A DNA stretch of 5,797 nucleotides from positions 1-5,797 of IMG/VR virus record IMGVR_UViG_3300022758_000120. One strand, given 5' to 3'. The stretch comes from a virus. Both the position numbers and the translations under genes were made by a program. Below, one piece after another: positions 4,392 to 5,797 of the stretch. The notes under the pieces were generated by a model that worked only from the letters and a program-made list of their open reading frames with translations, had not been told where the DNA came from and did not search any database. The stretch's first letter is position 1, and each line of letters opens with the position of its first letter.

Positions 4392-5459
4392 ATGGGATTT
4401 TTAAAATTTTTAAATAGTGGAGGTGGCGGTTTAATTACGGGACTTGCTGGAACCATAGCAGGAGCAGTAAGCAGTTCAAAAGATAGAGACCTTCAACAAA
4501 AACTCCAACAGCAACAGATGGAGTACGGTCGGGAGATGTATGCGATGCAAAGCAAAGACGAAGACCGAAGAATGGAACAGCAAAACCAGTGGAATAAGGA
4601 AGCAGCAGCACAAAGTCAAGCGTACGCCAAGGAAATGTTTGACTACACTGGCTACGAAAACCAGGTAAAGCAAATGAAAGCAGCGGGTCTAAATCCAGCA
4701 TTACTTAACGGAGGGTCAGGAAGTCCAGGGCAGGCACACGGTGCGACAGTCAATCCAGCAACAGCAATGCAACCAATGGGACTTCAAGTAGCATTACAAG
4801 CACAACAAACAGCTGCACAAACAGCTTTGACAAATGCACAAGCCGAAAAGATAAGAAGCGAAACAACAGCACAAAAAGTCGAAAATCTGGTAGGTATCGG
4901 AATAGACCTGGCAAGGAGAGTAGCAGAAGTAAGGAAGAGCAAGAAAGACACCGAGGAAGTGGAACAGAAAATCGAAAACCTGAAGAAAACAGCACAAGCC
5001 ACTGAAGAATCAATTAAACTCATCCAGGCAAACATAGACAACAAGGAAGTACAAACCAGAATCGCACAGTTCCAAGATGACATGAATAAAATCATCAAAT
5101 CAAGCATATGGTACGAGAACGGAAAATCTAAAGGATGGGAGGAAACCGTAGTAGAAAGATACTACGGAAACTTCAAGAAAGACATGGCAGCGCTGTCTTA
5201 CGACGAAAAGAAAATGTTATTCGACAAAGATATTCTCGACAAGCTGAGCAAGGATATAGAATTAATCGCGAAAGGAAAGCTAGACGAAATGAGAAAACCG
5301 ACACAAGAATTACAGCTGCTGATGAAGAAATACGAGCGTGATGACTGGGAACTTGACCAAGACAGAGCATTCAGCAAAATGCTTGACGAAATGACGGGTC
5401 AGGGAGATTATGCAAGACTACTTGGAAACATTATCAAGATGATTGTAGGAAAATTATAG
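4392..5459 (+). CDS. VP2: DNA pilot / minor capsid protein (Microviridae VP2, functional analogue of phiX H), 355 aa
   Basis: The N-terminus has a Gly-rich hydrophobic segment GGGGLITGLAGTIAGAV. The motif VKQMKAAGLNPALL contains the AGLNP block I associate with VP2 proteins. A Q/A-rich linker is followed by a K/E-rich, coiled-coil-like C-terminal half. Confidence 0.8.
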   Translation: MGFLKFLNSGGGGLITGLAGTIAGAVSSSKDRDLQQKLQQQQMEYGREMYAMQSKDEDRRMEQQNQWNKEAAAQSQAYAKEMFDYTGYENQVKQMKAAGLNPALLNGGSGSPGQAHGATVNPATAMQPMGLQVALQAQQTAAQTALTNAQAEKIRSETTAQKVENLVGIGIDLARRVAEVRKSKKDTEEVEQKIENLKKTAQATEESIKLIQANIDNKEVQTRIAQFQDDMNKIIKSSIWYENGKSKGWEETVVERYYGNFKKDMAALSYDEKKMLFDKDILDKLSKDIELIAKGKLDEMRKPTQELQLLMKKYERDDWELDQDRAFSKMLDEMTGQGDYARLLGNIIKMIVGKL

Positions 5460-5532
5460 GAGACATTACCCCACAAGGGGATCGCGCCATGCGGAACTCG
5501 CTATTTGATGGAGCTCAATCGGCGCTCGCCTA

Positions 5533-5617
5533 AGAACAGTACAACGTATGCACCAGAGGTCAGGCACGCAAGCGCGCCAGACCATATGCCACATACATTG
5601 CGCTGTTCTATTTTTTT
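5533..5617 (+). terminator. Long imperfect hairpin (5533-5609) followed by A+T7 (5610-5617); candidate intrinsic terminator/attenuator and/or ssDNA priming hairpin
   Basis: By-eye fold gives about 24 pairs in five helical segments. AGAACAG (5533-5539) pairs with CTGTTCT (5603-5609). CAACGTATG (5542-5550) pairs with CATACATTG (5592-5600) with one mismatch. GGTC (5558-5561) pairs with GACC (5580-5583). GGC (5563-5565) pairs with GCC (5576-5578). CG (5567-5568) pairs with CG (5573-5574), with apical loop CAAG. A run of seven T follows at 5611-5617. Confidence 0.45.
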
Positions 5618-5646
5618 GTTTATGACCAATAAAAAAGATTTAGATT

Positions 5647-5797
5647 ATGTGCTTATACACCAAATACATACTAAATAAAAAATATATGTACACAAAGAAA
5701 AACCAGGGAAAGGTACCAGAATGCAAGGACGAAAGACTAAGATATGTGCCGACAAAATGCGGAAAATGTATTGAATGCAGAAAGGAAAAAGCAAGAA
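5647..5797 (+). CDS. VP4: 5' end of the Rep (VP4) gene, truncated by the window end; continues at base 128 of the circle
   Basis: ATG 5647 is preceded by an in-frame TAG at 5641-5643. It reads MCLYTKYILNKKY and then runs in frame into the ATG at 5686, which equals position 16. An MC... N-terminus upstream of the CGKC cluster is typical of microvirus Rep proteins as I recall them. Confidence 0.7.
   Translation, partial: MCLYTKYILNKKYMYTKKNQGKVPECKDERLRYVPTKCGKCIECRKEKAR
5671..5797. repeat. Terminal redundancy, right copy (identical to 1-127)
   Basis: 127/127 identity with 1-127. It runs to the last base of the window. Confidence 0.95.

Larger units (their letters stand above)
1..5670 (+). 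mobile_element. Complete circular Microviridae (ssDNA phage) genome, one unit length of 5670 nt
   Basis: The exact 127-nt end overlap closes a 5670-nt circle. Gene content is an HUH Rep, an F-like major capsid, a VP2/H-like pilot and small ORFs. All genes are on one strand and have ATGA-type overlaps. Joining the ends restores a complete Rep ORF. Confidence 0.9.

Noticed and set aside
530-5370. Twelve minus-strand ORFs in the track: 530-964, 1467-1658, 2212-2412, 2527-2757, 3004-3246, 4090-4329, 4435-4701, 4476-4673, 4750-5013, 4784-5107, 4794-4997 and 5173-5370.
   Set aside because: Ten lie wholly antisense within strongly supported + strand genes. The other two (530-964 and 4090-4329) lie mainly within such genes and only run a short way into the adjacent noncoding DNA. 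Their translations are L/F/S/C-rich and low in complexity, as expected from the complement of a purine-rich coding strand. Several overlap one another in different frames. Microviridae transcribe a single strand.
5461-5646. The GC-rich island as a tRNA, tmRNA fragment or self-cleaving ribozyme (TTGATGGAG at 5505-5513 vaguely resembles the hammerhead CUGAUGAG box).
   Set aside because: There is no GTTCRANYC-type T-loop and no cloverleaf arrangement. The hammerhead-like string has an extra G and lacks a matching GAAA core and a stem III cleavage context. Only an Rfam/Infernal scan could fully exclude a known RNA family.
5641-5648. TAGATTAT as a Bacteroidota -7 promoter box for Rep.
   Set aside because: It is an imperfect match to TAnnTTTG. 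It also overlaps the Rep ATG, so transcription would start inside the coding sequence.

Overview
This window is one complete circular genome of a small ssDNA phage of the family Microviridae, plus an assembly overlap. Bases 1-127 recur exactly at 5671-5797, so the unit length is 5670 nt. All credible genes lie on the + strand, which is A-rich and T-poor. They are: (1) an HUH rolling-circle replication initiator (VP4/gpA-like, 16-942), whose real start is probably ATG 5647 across the circular junction; (2) a chain of small ORFs with overlapping stop/start codons (1400-1573 uncertain, 1537-1737, 1734-1976) that runs into the major capsid gene VP1/F-like (1973-3955); (3) a 108-aa ORF (3961-4287), possibly an internal scaffold; (4) the DNA pilot/minor capsid protein VP2/H-like (4392-5459). 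The VP1 N-terminal sequence, the genome size and the lack of Shine-Dalgarno motifs suggest an Alpavirinae-like phage of Bacteroidota. That is inference from memory, not a search. Several things are not explained by the gene list. (a) A 594-nt noncoding region of about 18% GC makes up about 10% of the genome. It holds an exact duplicated 20-mer straddling the Rep stop codon, with phiX174-origin-like motifs (TTAATAAC, AACTTG). It also holds four same-orientation AGTTATRAACA iterons that are DnaA-box-like, and a wider family of GTTAT/ATAAC half-sites. (b) A 66-aa ORF has a textbook lipoprotein signal peptide and is the only lysis or exclusion candidate. (c) Two GC-rich structured intergenic elements flank VP2: a cUUCGg hairpin at 4307-4330, and a roughly 55% GC island at 5461-5617 containing a 77-nt multi-segment hairpin followed by T7. 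All minus-strand ORFs in the track look like compositional artefacts. All homology statements rest on motif recognition from memory and need a database search to confirm.
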